A DNA stretch of 64,000 nt from assembly GCA_000934665.2 (NCBI GenBank), contig JYFJ02001401.1, forward strand, positions 1 through 64,000, in the 5' to 3' direction. A program made the position numbers and the translations under genes. The notes under the pieces are model-generated. The model was not told the DNA's origin. It did no database searches and saw nothing but the letters and a program-made list of their open reading frames with translations. This DNA is from Catajapyx aquilonaris (taxonomy: Eukaryota). How positions within the stretch are numbered: the stretch's first letter is position 1; each line of letters opens with the position of its first letter. Positions 14,801 to 28,200 of this stretch are shown piece by piece.

Positions 14801-17800
14801 AATCTTGGGTAGGGCAGTGAAGCATCCAAGCGAGTTGCATTGTGGATCTGCTCCTCTGGGCTCTGGGATCTGTAAATGTAATGAGATGGGAACCTGTAAA
14901 AGCTGCCTGGCGAATTTTGTATCCGGGTTTTCATTAGCGCTACCGATTATTGTCAGACCTTAACGCTGGTAAGCCTGAGATTGGGACTCCCGGAAGTTAG
15001 AGCCTGGTTTTTGCTGCAGCCTCTGCTTGTTGTAGCGCTTAGAGAATGAGGAATGAGGCTGGGAGATAATGCGGGCTGGACATTATGGAGGGTGTTGGTA
15101 TTTGTCAACGCCGTTGCCTTTAATGTGGGATAGTGCGGTGTTTCTAAGCCGGTACTTTCCAGCCCGGATCAATTTTGATCGTTATTTTTGGGTTGGAAAG
15201 AACAGCTGCGTTCTAGTTCCAAGCCTGGCTTCAGAAGCTGGGTTCACACGGGTTTGGCAATAAACAGCCCGGGTCCACTTCCTGGATATGCAAATGCCCT
15301 CCAATATCGACTCAGATATGGACGGAAAACATGATAAGAAGGTGCCGAAAGTTGATCCATGTTACAGGTTCGATCCCTTTTTTCGGTCTGTTATAATCTA
15401 TATCAAATCACGGCCAGGACTTCGCATGACTTGTTCTTCAGGTCACGTCCGAAACTCCAGGCTCGGGATGGATCCATCCAGGGAACCTCGAAGGTTTTTC
15501 AGCTAGCTTATCAATGGACTGGGTCAGCCTCTTTTTAACGGCGGCGGCTGAAGGGACATGAGTCTAGGGCAACACTGGAAGAAAAGGGGAAAGAGAGAGA
15601 TGAATCTTCAGTCGTGAGTCATTATTTGAGCTGACATTTTGGGGAAGAAGAAAAAGTTCTGACATTGCCCTTTTCGTTTTCTTTCTTTTTTCCTTTTTTT
15701 CTTTCTTCTTCTCTAGATGAGGTGAACCTTTGGAGACCGCTGGAGGGGAAATAAAGGTTGCGTGCGTTTCTATAGCTATTCCATGAGTTAGGATGTTGGC
15801 CGTAGGAATGGATGATAGTCCATTACGGTCCGAGCGTCGAGAAACTCTATTTGACGAGTAAACTTGACACGAAGATGGTGCTCCGGAGTTTGAAATAGTT
15901 TTGCTGACTGTTTTCACACACATATAATTATGTTGTGTGCACAACTAAACGTTTCATGTCTTGTGATGCAGCACTTTTAAATTACCCGCAGTGGTTTTCC
16001 TGATTTATTAAGCTTATCTGGGACCCACCTGACTGTCTGCTGATTTACTTTCGACTGTCAGGATCTTTTAATAGCGCTTGTGCAGCGCAAAGTTAGGGAT
16101 CAATAGACTATTATTTTGAATCCACAGTAGGCCAACAAATCACAACCGAGGTACGGCACAGTGAGCAACCATATTGTTGGGAAACCGGTGCAATAGTTAG
16201 GTCCAAGCTGTTCATTGCTCACTACAGCGATTCGGCTAATCGGGATATTGGATTAACGAATCGAGGCTTTCCCATGTTGGAGTACATATTTTTACCTCAG
16301 TGCTGCTGTTGCATCCCTGTGTACGTTAATTTAATTTAGTAAAAGAGAGTGGAAGGAATACATTCCACTATGATGAATCCAAAGGAAGTTGTCATCCGCG
16401 CGTTTGGCTCATGTAATTTGTCCGGATGGTTACCCAATTTGGCAAACATTGATATTGGCAGTACACCTCCCAGTGTTTACCATTAGCAGGGTGGTCATCC
16501 AAGTCCACAATTCAAGAGGGGAGAATGGGGGGAAATTATGGAGTGTTTACCTTATCGACATGAGTACCTGATTTACTGCTTTAAAAATTTTTTTAAAAAT
16601 AGTTTGGGCTTGTAGATTGTAGGTGTCGTGGAGAAATATATTTTAAAGTCTTTTGCCCTGGAGACATTGGATTTTGGAAGACCACAGCGACTTGCATGAA
16701 CTGCTGGCAGCAATAAGTCGCACGTGTCCAGCGTAATCGGCTCACTATTTCATTGTGGTACACTCCTAATCCAAAAGCTTACTTGCGCTTCGCCGTACTC
16801 ACCCAGAGGATTTAGGACATGTTTTGAGCACTGTTGGAGAAACAATGTCAGGAAAGGCTAAGTTTGCGACTACTTAGCCAGCACCGTGCGGTACATCCGT
16901 GGAGCCAAGCTGAATAAATACGGGGGGATTCCCTGGGAGGTGGAATGGAATTAGTCGTATACCGGATGAGTGCAGCGCCTCTAATTGAATAATGGTGATC
17001 AGCCAAATTATGCTGATGAAGCCGTCACGCGTGGGGCATGGTGTCGGTGACCCATATCTAAACGTCGGCGCTTGATTAAAATGTATCAAGTAAACAGAGT
17101 CAACGAGAATAGTGTGCACTCTGGCTCGGGGAATAAACAGCCCCCGTGTAGCGAGTGATAATTTTGGCTCCGCTTTTACGCAGTGATGGCAGAAATAGAT
17201 CACTGATAGAACACTCCCAGAAGAGAGTTATTACTCATCGCTCTTTTAGGTAATTTCATCATGTCTGGTAGGAAGTAAGAGGGAAATGATTTAAATACCG
17301 GAGAGTTGCTCAGGTTAAAGGTGGGGATTCCTTAATCGGGGCTGTCTGTCGTCCCGTGAGGACACTTTCTGGATTACTCTTGTGCAGTAATATTTTATCA
17401 AGGCCCTAATTTCGCGTCTTCCTCTTTGCCGGCAGGACTTAATTTAAGGATTCCAGTCCAAGTGGTTAGTCTAAGTGCAGCGGCGGGTGTTGGTATAGTG
17501 ATGAATAGCTGAATTGGGCATTAAATCGACATATTCTAAGCCGGCATTGCTCAACTTTAATGGGGAGGACCGAATAGCGTAATTTTGGATGGCAGGCGGT
17601 TTATGGCGTTGTTTGCCCAATAATTGAACCGACAGCTATATTTTGCGATGTTTGGAAATGGCCGCGTAAAAACCTAGCTGGGTGGTGTTAACGAGGGAGC
17701 CTGATCTTTGGGCAGAAAAATATTGCCGGAAGAGATCGGATGACCTTGGCCTTTTTAAGTGCCCACTAAATAGTTTGTGTTCCCTCCCCATCACTATGGC

Positions 17801-17870
17801 ACGCGCTCTGTGTGCATTTGTGGTTTGGAAGACCATGGGCGTGAATTGATAGATGGCCCGGTTGGGAGTT

Positions 17871-17987
17871 GATTGGATGGCTGGCCGTACGTGACCGGAA
17901 GCAGAGTGGCCATTCAGACCGGATATCCGGAATTCCCGAAATTCCAAGGTCTGACCTTGAAAGTGATTGGGTCATGCTGCACGTGAC
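17871..17987. promoter_or_regulatory. Promoter-like motif cluster
   Basis: GATTGG (reverse CCAAT) at 17871 and 17965, CCGGAAG (ETS) at 17895, CACGTGAC (E-box) at 17980, all within 120 bp. Confidence 0.35.
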
Positions 17988-18205
17988 TTGCATTGTCATA
18001 TTCGCTGTTTATTAGGTCGAAAATTTTCAGATAGTGAGGGAATACTTGCAGACTGCGGACTTTTCACACGATCCTGTCATTGTATATTCGTGTAAAGGTG
18101 ACGTAGTTTATCGGCACGTGGCGTATAAAAAGGAGTTGAAGTGGATGCTGAGAGCGAGACAGAAGGGTGTCCTTATCGACTGGGGTGATGGCGGCGAGGA
18201 AAAGA

Positions 18206-18248
18206 AAGGAAGGAAGGAAGGAAGGAAGGAAGGAAGGAAGGAAGGAAG
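18206..18248 (+). repeat. (AAGG)n microsatellite
   Basis: About 10 perfect tetranucleotide units. Confidence 0.95.
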
Positions 18249-19704
18249 CGAAAATCTAATAACGTAGGGGCATAGAAAGCGGGTTTAGGAAGGTGCCTGA
18301 GGCAAAGTGCAGCCAGATTTTTCCCATGCATGGGCGTGTCCACGCAAATGAGTCGCGGGTTCGCTCCATTTGCAAATGTCACATCCCCTGTGGGCCGTGT
18401 CCTTCGGGAATTGTGCTGATGGGAGAGCATAACCAGCATTTTTTTTGGATGATGGTGGTTGTCGCTGCAGGGGGCGTTGGACGTTGGTGCATAACTCTGA
18501 GGGTCGTTGGCACAAGTCTGTAGCTATACTTGGGAGGCTCCTTTGTGGGCCTCAACGTCGGCGAGCGAGACAAAGAGGACCGAGGAGCAATTACAAGTGA
18601 GGCTCAGATTTCAGCATCCGGGTTGGACAGATTGGACCATAATTGAAGTATGGTCTCCAAATTAAGCGGAATTAAATTGGGGGGCCCGGCTCCGGAGGAA
18701 AAGGGAAATGTGTCGCTCCGGAGAGGAAGAAGTGGGCTGGAAACAATAACCGTCATCGTGAGCGGAATTCACAAGAGGAATTTTGATAATGACATTTTCT
18801 GTGCGCTAATTATATTGCGCCTGTTTCTGACGCTTATTACAGTTGCCGACCTCCTTTGTTTGGAATTCTTTTATGGCTGCTGGCTGAATCGGACCGGATT
18901 TTGCGCTACATGCTATACATATCCTGAAATGCTACTGGTTGTGGAAATTTTGTGGTTCCTATTTTTTCCTTCCGAAATAGCCATTTTCTGCTAAGCTGTT
19001 GCTCTAAATGCATGTCGATGACATGGAAGTTGCTGCATGTTGTTGTGAACGGATTTTTTTTGAGAGAGAGCCCCAAATCTTTTGACATGTGGACGCATCG
19101 CCTGACATATTTTGGAACATGGTGGGGGCCAGGGTTGATCCGGAATTGAGTTTGAGGATCCGGACCCACGAGCCCACGTCCCTCAAACCACCAGCAACCA
19201 TCAGGCGTCCTCCCCCTTTTTGGTATTGATCGTGTGCTGCCTCCACTGGCCCCATTTTCCCCAAGACCAGAACAGAGGGAGGCCAAATAGAGTTGTATAG
19301 GGATAGTAGTAGTGCTTTTTTGGCATTTTTTTTTTTTCATGAGTCAGGTTGTCACAGATAACTGGTGTGATTGACCTAGGAATTGGCAATTTTGAGGTTC
19401 ATGCCTGAATGCGACTGCACAGAGCTGATTCTTTACTGAGACGGAAATTGCACCCCAATTTCATTGATTGACTCGACTGTACCGCAATGAAAGCAATTTT
19501 CTTGCAGGAAATTAAGGTCTTATTGCGTTGCCATACACAAGTTATTTGATTTTGTTGGTCGAGAATACCCTTTAATTGAGGCGTCGTTGGCGAGTCCTGA
19601 GTTGTGGCTTTTGAACATTACCAGCATGTTGTTGTGTATTCATTGTGCGAAAAAAATGTTTATGTTGCATTACAAAAATATGACTGTAATCATCTGCTGT
19701 TGCA

Positions 19705-19739
19705 TTCTAATGGTTTCCTTTTTTCCTTCACAGGTAAGT
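19705..19739 (+). other. Recursive splice site (ratchet point) candidate RS1, junction 19733|19734
   Basis: TTCTAAT branch point (19705-19711), tract GGTTTCCTTTTTTCCTTCA, then CAG|GTAAGT: a consensus acceptor abutting a perfect donor. There is no AG between 19625 and the acceptor. Confidence 0.75.
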
Positions 19740-22593
19740 GACCGTGTTATTCAACCGTCTCTTGTGTCAACACTCTCTGGTCGTCTACGGGTAGGCTATT
19801 TATGGTCTATTGAACTCTCCTTATGCAACGACTGGCACAAAGCAGCAGGGACGACAGGTGCTCGTTTTGATAATTTGTTATAATAATAGCTGCAAGCCTG
19901 CAACAACAATAAACAATCATTCTTTGAAATGTTCGTGCATCTGTAATCATGGAATTATGGTAAATCATATATTAGTCGTGCACTATTTATTACGCTATAT
20001 TTGAATTCATTCAATAATTCTGTAGTTAACAATACCAATTCCTGTTCAACCAGCCACTAGTCATGATTATGATAACACTTGCATAGAGCCTATCATGTAT
20101 AGAAGCTAATATGATATAAAACACAGTAGACCTGCGAAGGGTCTCTTCTTTTTAAAAGTAGAAAAAAAAATTGCCCTAACGTAAGGCCATACTGTATTGG
20201 ATGTCAGCTTAATGCATCTTGGAAACACTCTCGCTCCACGGCGATGTTTGCTATCACTTTATATCACTCAGATCTTTACACTAAAGAGTAGTTATGGTCC
20301 TCAAGCAACGTTCAACACAGCCTCAGTGTTATATACTTGGCGTTAGTTATGAATGTGAGAGGAGAAATCAATGCGCAGTAAAATAAACCATGGACCTTTC
20401 CCTGTACCATTTAGTAATGTTTTTTTTAACCACCCCAAATTTATTAAATGGAACAAATAGCGGAAGCGATACCGTGGCTAGTTGAACAAACCTTTTCATG
20501 TAACTGTGGTATAGTTATCCGACCACTGGAAATGTCGGTTTTGGGCCTTTTGGGACCCACCACAGGATTTGTAACAATGCGGAAAGTAATAAAGCGGGCT
20601 GAGAGGGAGAACCTGCCATTTTTTAAGTATACGTATACTCCAGCTAGGTGAAAGTTTTTCGGATCGAATTTTGTGCGAATAGCTAGTACTGGTTATTAAT
20701 ATTCATGCAAGATGTAGAGTGATGCCTTAGCATACGCCCTAATTTCGGGGAAAGAAGTTTCATTAGCTAATAGAGGACCGGAGGGGGCGGGTGGCGAGTG
20801 AGAGACTGTTTTGAGACGCTGTTAGTGGTGCTTTTACCTCGTTTAATGGCCGCGGGGATGAAAGATAACCTGGGGAAAAAATTGTGAAAGGTCGCGTAAA
20901 TTTTGCGAACTTGACTCTTGCAGTCAGTGGTGGTGACAAGAACTTTGAAAGGCGAGGGCTGATAACTCATTGTGTAAGATGAGTGTTGGAATTTTATGGG
21001 TTGGAATTCACACGATTACTGCTTCCTCTGAAATGTCTACTAGTAGTGTAGTTAGTGCTGATGAAATCTTAGAAATCGTAATAAATAATGAGAAACTTAT
21101 AGCTAGGTAATTCCTGTCATATCGCTGTTGCGACTGAGAAAAGAAATTTATTTTCATTGAATTTGCGTTTTACACGAACCTGCACTATCTAATGATGAGC
21201 AGGCCATACGCTATGAAATAATAACGTTTTTTTCTGGTAAAAACTGGGCTTTTGTGCTGTACTGTCAACTGACGAGGGGATGAAAATGCGGGAGGTTCAA
21301 TTTAGAGCGGTACATTTACAGTTTTTTAAATATTTTTGCTTGTCAGGTCTGGTTTGGTGCTTATCTAACAGCCAAGTGGGGGACCGAAAAAAAGCAAAAT
21401 GACTGGTCCAGTGCGATATATGGTGATCCGGTTAGCCTTCGGCTGATGAAATTTTTGAGTTTCAACATCTGCTGAGCCTCTCTCTGTTGTGAATATCGAC
21501 TCCTGCAGATAATTACATACAACTGCATTAGCACCGGGAACGATATTAGGTCGTGATGAGGCTAACATAACAGGAATTATCGGAATTCCATGTCGGTGGA
21601 AAGCATCCCCCTCTCCAATCCTCCCAGCCCCCTGTTTTTCCGGGTGGGTTGTTTGGTTGGGGGATCCGGTGAAGAATAGAAGACGTCACAGTGGCCATAT
21701 CTCATGGAGGCTTGTGTAACGGCCTGGGATAGCCGCCGCGGTATCAAACTTCACTCGCTCGAAACCCACCCTGCATGGTCCGGATTCCCTCCAAGGGCCT
21801 AATGTAAAATGCCCGTTTTTCACCGTCCCGCCTCTTTATATAGAGGGAGAAGAGAGAGAATGGAAAGAGAAAATAGAGAAGCGGAATTCCGTGACTAACT
21901 TTCGACGCAATAAACAACTGGGCTGGAGAAAAATACTGGAGGCCTGCTTTTAGAGTGTACTTGAAGGAGAGAGAAAAATCGGATTCTGAAAAGGGCGATG
22001 ACTTCACATTTATTGTGGTTATGACCCGATTGATAACCATCATTTAGATCGAGGGACGATTTAATGGAGCGTGATCATGTACTAACAAGATGAATGACCA
22101 GTTAGAGCAGGAGACACACTGAATTTTAAATTGGCTCCGAATTACCCTTCCATGAAATGGAGCAATTTTGAAATAGTAGAGAAGGAACGTCATATCGATT
22201 TCCGTAGTGAACTAGACAAAAACGATCTGCTGATCAGTAAAAATTACAGAAACGAGTGTACTGAAAAGGTCGAAGCATGTAATTTCGACATCGTTATCTA
22301 TCACAGCTGTAGCTGTTTCTGCCGTTTTGACTGCTACTCTGACCATCGATCTGGCTTTTTAGCTTGTAGCCGGTTTACCACAAGCACTAGATTGGCATTT
22401 AAGCTTGAGTAGAGAACATGTCATTTAAGCATGTCGAAAAATTGTGCAACACTGTTCCCGTGCTAACGTTCAAAAGGTTATTGCACTGTACATATAGTGT
22501 ACTGCATATCATTTTACTTGATTATTTATTATTCGTCAAAAACCAGAGAGTGGATAATAAATTAATCCTTGCTTTGTTCAATGTTAATGTACA

Positions 22594-22627
22594 CGCTGTA
22601 AAAAAAATCGCTGTAAAAAAAATCGCT
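22594..22627 (+). repeat. 15-bp tandem duplication CGCTGTAAAAAAAAT x2
   Basis: Exact adjacent duplication plus a partial third copy. Confidence 0.9.
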
Positions 22628-25144
22628 TCAATTAATCATAATGTATTCTGGCTGTTGTTTCCAACTGGTTGCTCCTCTTTAACCTGGTTGCTGGGGACAA
22701 AACGTCTATATAACCCTTACATCCATTTCTAGTCGGTGGCTTGAGTCACCCTGTACAAAGAGTCATGCCGAAGCACAGGGATTAAATTTGCAAGCAGCCA
22801 CAAAGGTTCTAAAAAATTCTATTTGCACTACTTCACAGTAGCAGAATCTCCCATTGCATTACCCCCTCCCACAGAAACCACAAAAGCTTGTGTGAAATTT
22901 CTGTCACACGCAGGATAAAGCGGCCAACTATTGTTAATCCCCGCAGTCAATTGCAGAGAATCTTTTGTCAACATTGCATATATACCTCTCTAATTGGCAT
23001 TGGCCTCATTAATCCTATAGCGATGCTGCAATCCGCACTTACTAATAAGTAATTAATTACGCCTATACGGCCGATATATGCATCTCCATGGACACGACTG
23101 ATAAAATCTCCCTCTGGATGTAAACTTTCCTGAATGCGATAAATTCTCACGAATCGGGCGTAATTTTGCAATCCTAGCGTAATCCCATTCCGATGCAGTA
23201 CAGGGATTTTCGTATTTTCCGATATCGCGGGGAAAAAACTGCGGGGCGTGATTTTATACAATCGTCCCAGACACGAATCCGATTTTGCGGTAGTTTTGCC
23301 GCGCCAAAAAGAGGCGTGGATAAAGGATTTTTTGGAAGAGTTGCATTTAATCGCTTTTTTGCACAAGTTCATGTGAATTTCCACGTTAGGTCATTCCAGT
23401 TTTGCGAACCTCTTCATTAGAGTTTTAGCACGTTTGCGGAATGTGTTTTACATCCAATGTTCACATTTTTGTACGTGGAATTTCGCAGTTCTCGCAAAAA
23501 ATAAATGCCCTTTTGATGAATGTCCGACTTGTCCTGCGATATATGTTGCGTGTGGATTTCTTCGCGCAAATATTGCGATATGTGTCAAATCATAATTGAT
23601 GCGTATTTGATGGCCTTCTTTTGCTCTCTTTTTTGGAGAGGACTGCTTCCAGTGCAAGTTAGCAGATAGCGTGGCAGCTTTGCGAATCTGGTGTGGAAAA
23701 GGGCTTGTGCTGCAGTGCCGACGTTTTACGATTGGGCCAACAGATGGCAGGAGAGCTGTGTGCTGATTCGGTTTTATCCGGGAGCCCGAATTGGGTTGTC
23801 CCCGGAAATTGGTTGATGCAAGGCGGTGAACAACATTAGTGGCCTGCGTGATGGAGTAATAGTTTTTCCAAACAGTTTCTCTACAACTTTTGGGATTGAC
23901 TATGCTGTGCAAAGCCCAAGAGGTGCAGTTTAAAAAAAAAATCTTCATCCTGAGCATGTATGCAACCCAAGCGCTTCTTTTGAGTTGCAGTGAAGTGTGA
24001 TTCCAAGGGGCTAATATGGGCTTTGCCGTCACGAAGCTACAGAGAAACTAATAAGCACAAAATTTTAAAAATGCTACTCCCTGATTTTTAAAAAAATTGG
24101 CCGATGCAAGGTATTATGTTATTATCCGGAAGGAGGCTGAAATAAATCGGATTTATGACTTTTGGAAGCGTTGTATAAATTAATGTGGACATCAAGATTG
24201 TGGTGTGTGATAAATTGGAATTGCGCAGTGACGTGTGGGTTTGTCGTTATTTAGGAGCGACGGACGTAATAACAGTTTATTACCACATAAATGGCGCACT
24301 AAAAGGCCCAAATATTGGAGTTTTAAGTATCAACTATTGGCATTAAGTATGTAATGAAAGCAATATTGCACTTTTCATATCAGATGAAGCTTTGTACATA
24401 TTTATGGATAGATACTGGTGCACATACCTATGCATAGTTGCTTTATCTCCTATCGTCATACTAACAATTTTTCAGCCTGGACAAAAAAAAAATGTACATC
24501 CGTTTTATTTGCTGCAAATTTTGATGGCGCTTCTTTCGATATGCTTTATCAGTACAGTTGATGTAGAGGTGTACTTAGGCTATCTTAAGATGAAAAGATA
24601 AGAAGTCTCTAGTATGGATCCGTCTTTTCGTTTGGCAAACTCTGGCACACACACAAAAAAGAAACACTGGAGTTAGCAAGAATGCCATCTGTGAAGAGTT
24701 TGCGAATCCAGGTTTGGTCGCCTGACACCAGATGGCTTCGGGATCAATAAGTCGGATTTAGCGTGAAGATGACATTTGTTTTGGTTCTCTCTGTAGTTTG
24801 GTGTAATTCTGCGTTGTTTTACACATCCAAATTGTAAAGCCCAATGCATTTATCACGTCCATAATTTCATTGCAAGAGTTGTCAATGTCTCGGAAATTGT
24901 CACATGCATGTTGCATGTAATATTAAACGGCGGAAGTCATGAAAATGTCAAATTTTCCTTATTATTAAATGATTTGAATTGAGATATTCAAGCAGTCATA
25001 ATTATGTCAACTATTAGTACTCACTGTTTAAATATTCGTGGCGTTGCCGTGACCTTTAAAGCAGTTTGGGTTGTCTGGTATTGTTTTGACTTTGAATTAC
25101 CTCAGTGTCAGTACACAGAGTGTAATGCGATCCAATTATGATAT

Positions 25145-25229
25145 TGGTGCCCTCAGCGGGAAAACGAACGAGGCTGCGTCTAGAGAGCGTTTCAGAATGT
25201 AGCTGACAGCTCAATTCGCCTAGATAACC
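25145..25229 (-). pseudogene. Degenerate tRNA-like / SINE-head remnant
   Basis: Minus strand reads TAGGCGAATTG (A-box-like) ... GTTCGTTTTCCCGCTGAGGGCACCA (T-arm/acceptor-like end). Stems pair poorly. Confidence 0.25.
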
Positions 25230-28200
25230 TCCACAACAAATATTTGCACGCAACTAACAGTATTGTAAACACCTGCCGGTCACATTATTGTTTCCAGATC
25301 ACACGGCACATCATTTTAATGCAGCCCAATTTTAGGCGCACACTAATGATTGAATAACAATGCTTAGTACGTGATGGTAACGAGCAATGAGACCATCTGC
25401 ACTGAGAAGTGATGCACGTGACACGAAACTTATATGGAATTAACAGTTATTCTGAGCAATTATTTTGCGGTGTACGTGGAAATAGGCAGGTCTGGCGCAT
25501 CGCGGTTTGCGCATTTTGAAAAATAGGACGCCAACTTTTATTTGCATTCGGCCCTGTCAGGCAGGCTTTATAAACTGGTTGTTTGCGGACCCCATATGGA
25601 TCTGCAGTTAATTCTACCAATGACTGGCTATAAATCCGGATGTCCCAGCCAGTTTCAGTCCGGTTCATTTGAAACTAGATCTCGCATCCGGAGGAGAGAG
25701 GAGGGGAAAAAAAAGCAGAGAATCCAGAAATAAGGCTTGCTGGCTTTTCCTTCCTGTTCATCTATGGTGCATATTCGATCTCTGCTGCCGCCACCATTAT
25801 TCACGTCTGGGGACTGGAAGCGGAAAGTATTGGGGGAAAGAAAAGAAAAGGAGGCCTTGGCCCAGTGGCCCAACTGGCGAGTACTTGTCAACTGAAAACT
25901 TAAAATTTTGGCTCGGAAACCGATCTTTTAAAAAATCGAACCTCCGGAGTAACTTCCCGCCTCTGATGAAACCCAGTTCTCAGGGATAGGTCCGCATATA
26001 CGAATCTCAAAAGTAGCCATTACTTCCAAGAAGGGCTTAGCACCGGTTATAATGGCGTTTTCTGCTGAAAGTTAGTCAGACCCAAGTCCCAGGTCGTGTC
26101 GGGGGGCGAAAGGATGAGATCAAAGGGATTGTGGTGTAGTCGGAGAGTGGAGGAGTGTATAGAATGAGGTCGGAGGGCAAATCGTGAGGGAAAAGGCAAG
26201 GGGCATGGCAGCGTGACAAATTGAGTTAGGAGGAAGTAAGCTGGGCGGGGTCTCGACGACGTGGGGACCCAGTAAGAAGAGATGGTAGCTGCATTTATAA
26301 GGCGAGGAAGTCATTTAGTCGGCGGGGTATATGATGGTTCTCGGATTCAAAAGGTGGCTGGGCAACTCAGACCATATTGCAACACGGGGGTTCCCAGTTT
26401 TTGACGCTGGTAGTACCATGAATCAACTGTGGTTGTAATGTTCCGAGAGCCATAAATAATAATGGTCATAACGTTCAATTTGCATGTAGCACATCCGGAC
26501 GTGCCATTTAGTATTTTCTGGCCGACTTGTCTGTTATCATGCGTGTAAAGCATGATCTACAGTGCTTGCAGTTAGCTGGTAATAGTCGGGTGTAAGCCAC
26601 GCTGTGAAAATGAGGAAATGTGATCTTCAGAGCGTTGTAAGTATAGAATATTCTGGTGTGTTTCGGATCTTGCGGGGAGAGGTAATTAACTGCCTAGATA
26701 CCAAGGCTATATAGGTAGGGTTGAACAAAAATAAAGAAGCATGGAATAAGTTGCCTTATCTAGACTACAGTAAGCCGCTTTTGTTACGGCTCAAAGTTGA
26801 AACTTGAAGCAGTTCTAAATTGAGAGGTGGGGCTGCGATCTTGAGTAGGTGCATTTTTTTTTTTTTTTTTTGCTTCAGGCGAGAAGAGATTGCTTAATTG
26901 CTAAATGGCGCCTTAATGAGGGCTTCGTTATTGAACTGGGTGCTAGGCGTGATAAACACCACACAGCCTTAATTAAAGCATTAGGCTATTTTCGGGGAAT
27001 AATTATGAATTCGAAGCGATGGGAGGGAAGTGGATGATGTTCCACCAGCTTCTGGCAAACTTATGCCAACCGCGGGTCATAAATGGTGGCGATGAAATGA
27101 TGGTGTGTCATTAATATCAATCCGGGATTACGCGCAAGGTAATCAACTGGCGATGAATTTGTTGCAGTATCTAGTCTAGCCGCTGTGACTCTCCTGATAA
27201 TGGTCGGATGCAAGGATTCTGGATTAATGTACTAAATTTACTGCTCCTTGTTAATATTTGATGCAGTATTAAATTTACAGGAGGCGAAGTTACAGGACCT
27301 GACTTGCCCCTCTAGCCATCATCCCTTTATAATTAATTGACTTTCTGTTTATGATCCTTATTGAACGCTTATTGAACATTCAGTAAACATTAAAGTATGC
27401 AAAACTGAAACAGGAGTGAGGCGAGCTGATGAATTAGTGAGTCACAGAGCCTTAACTGGAGCTACTGCAACGCTGCCTTGTGTAATAATGATTTGCTTAA
27501 TCCAGAACTAATCACTTGTTCTGGGTTTGCCATCAATCACGAAAGCGGCCCGAAATACATGTAATTTAATAAACATCTTTCCTGCTTCATGGGGAATTAA
27601 TGTGAGGACCACCTCGATTCCTTTGCCTAGAACAAAGTCTAAAGCACCACTCTAGTTACAAGACTGAACCATTGTTTCTAGGGTATCGAATTAACACGCT
27701 GTTTTTTTCCCCCCGAAAAAGGGAATATTTTTGTTCCATCCTCTGATTATGTTCTAGGACGAGGGAGTCTTCTATGCCTCGCAGATAGGGTGTGGGTAAA
27801 AACCAGAGAAAAAAAAAGGCCGAAAGAGTTGAGGCAGAATCGATAAGTCAGTGAAGGGAGAGGATCTACTTAATGGTGGTCGTCGAAGCGCGTGCAATTT
27901 CCGAAGCAGACGATGCCGACTGGCACACAGAAGCCACCCCCTTCTGAAAAAAAAACCCTCCAAAAAGGAGAGAAAAAAACTAGGAAAAGTTAGCGGTGGT
28001 AGGAGCATCCATGGGATACCCAGAAAATGATGTAAACTTGATGGACGTGATGATACTGGCCGCTGAGGGAAATTAAAACTCGACGTTTGATATCAGTTTT
28101 CAAGGGAGTTTGAGGGCCCAGCCGTTGTCGTTTTTATTGGAGCGAAGCCTCCCAGAGTTGTGGATGTTGCAGAACACTCCCATGTGCTCTGGGGGGAAAA

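Noticed and set aside
23150..23600. CpG-rich patch with TTTTGCG-like motifs, possibly a decayed DNA transposon
   Set aside because: Could not define terminal repeats or a TSD.
23448..24032. 194-aa minus-strand ORF
   Set aside because: Non-ATG start, random-looking composition, no homology I can recognise.
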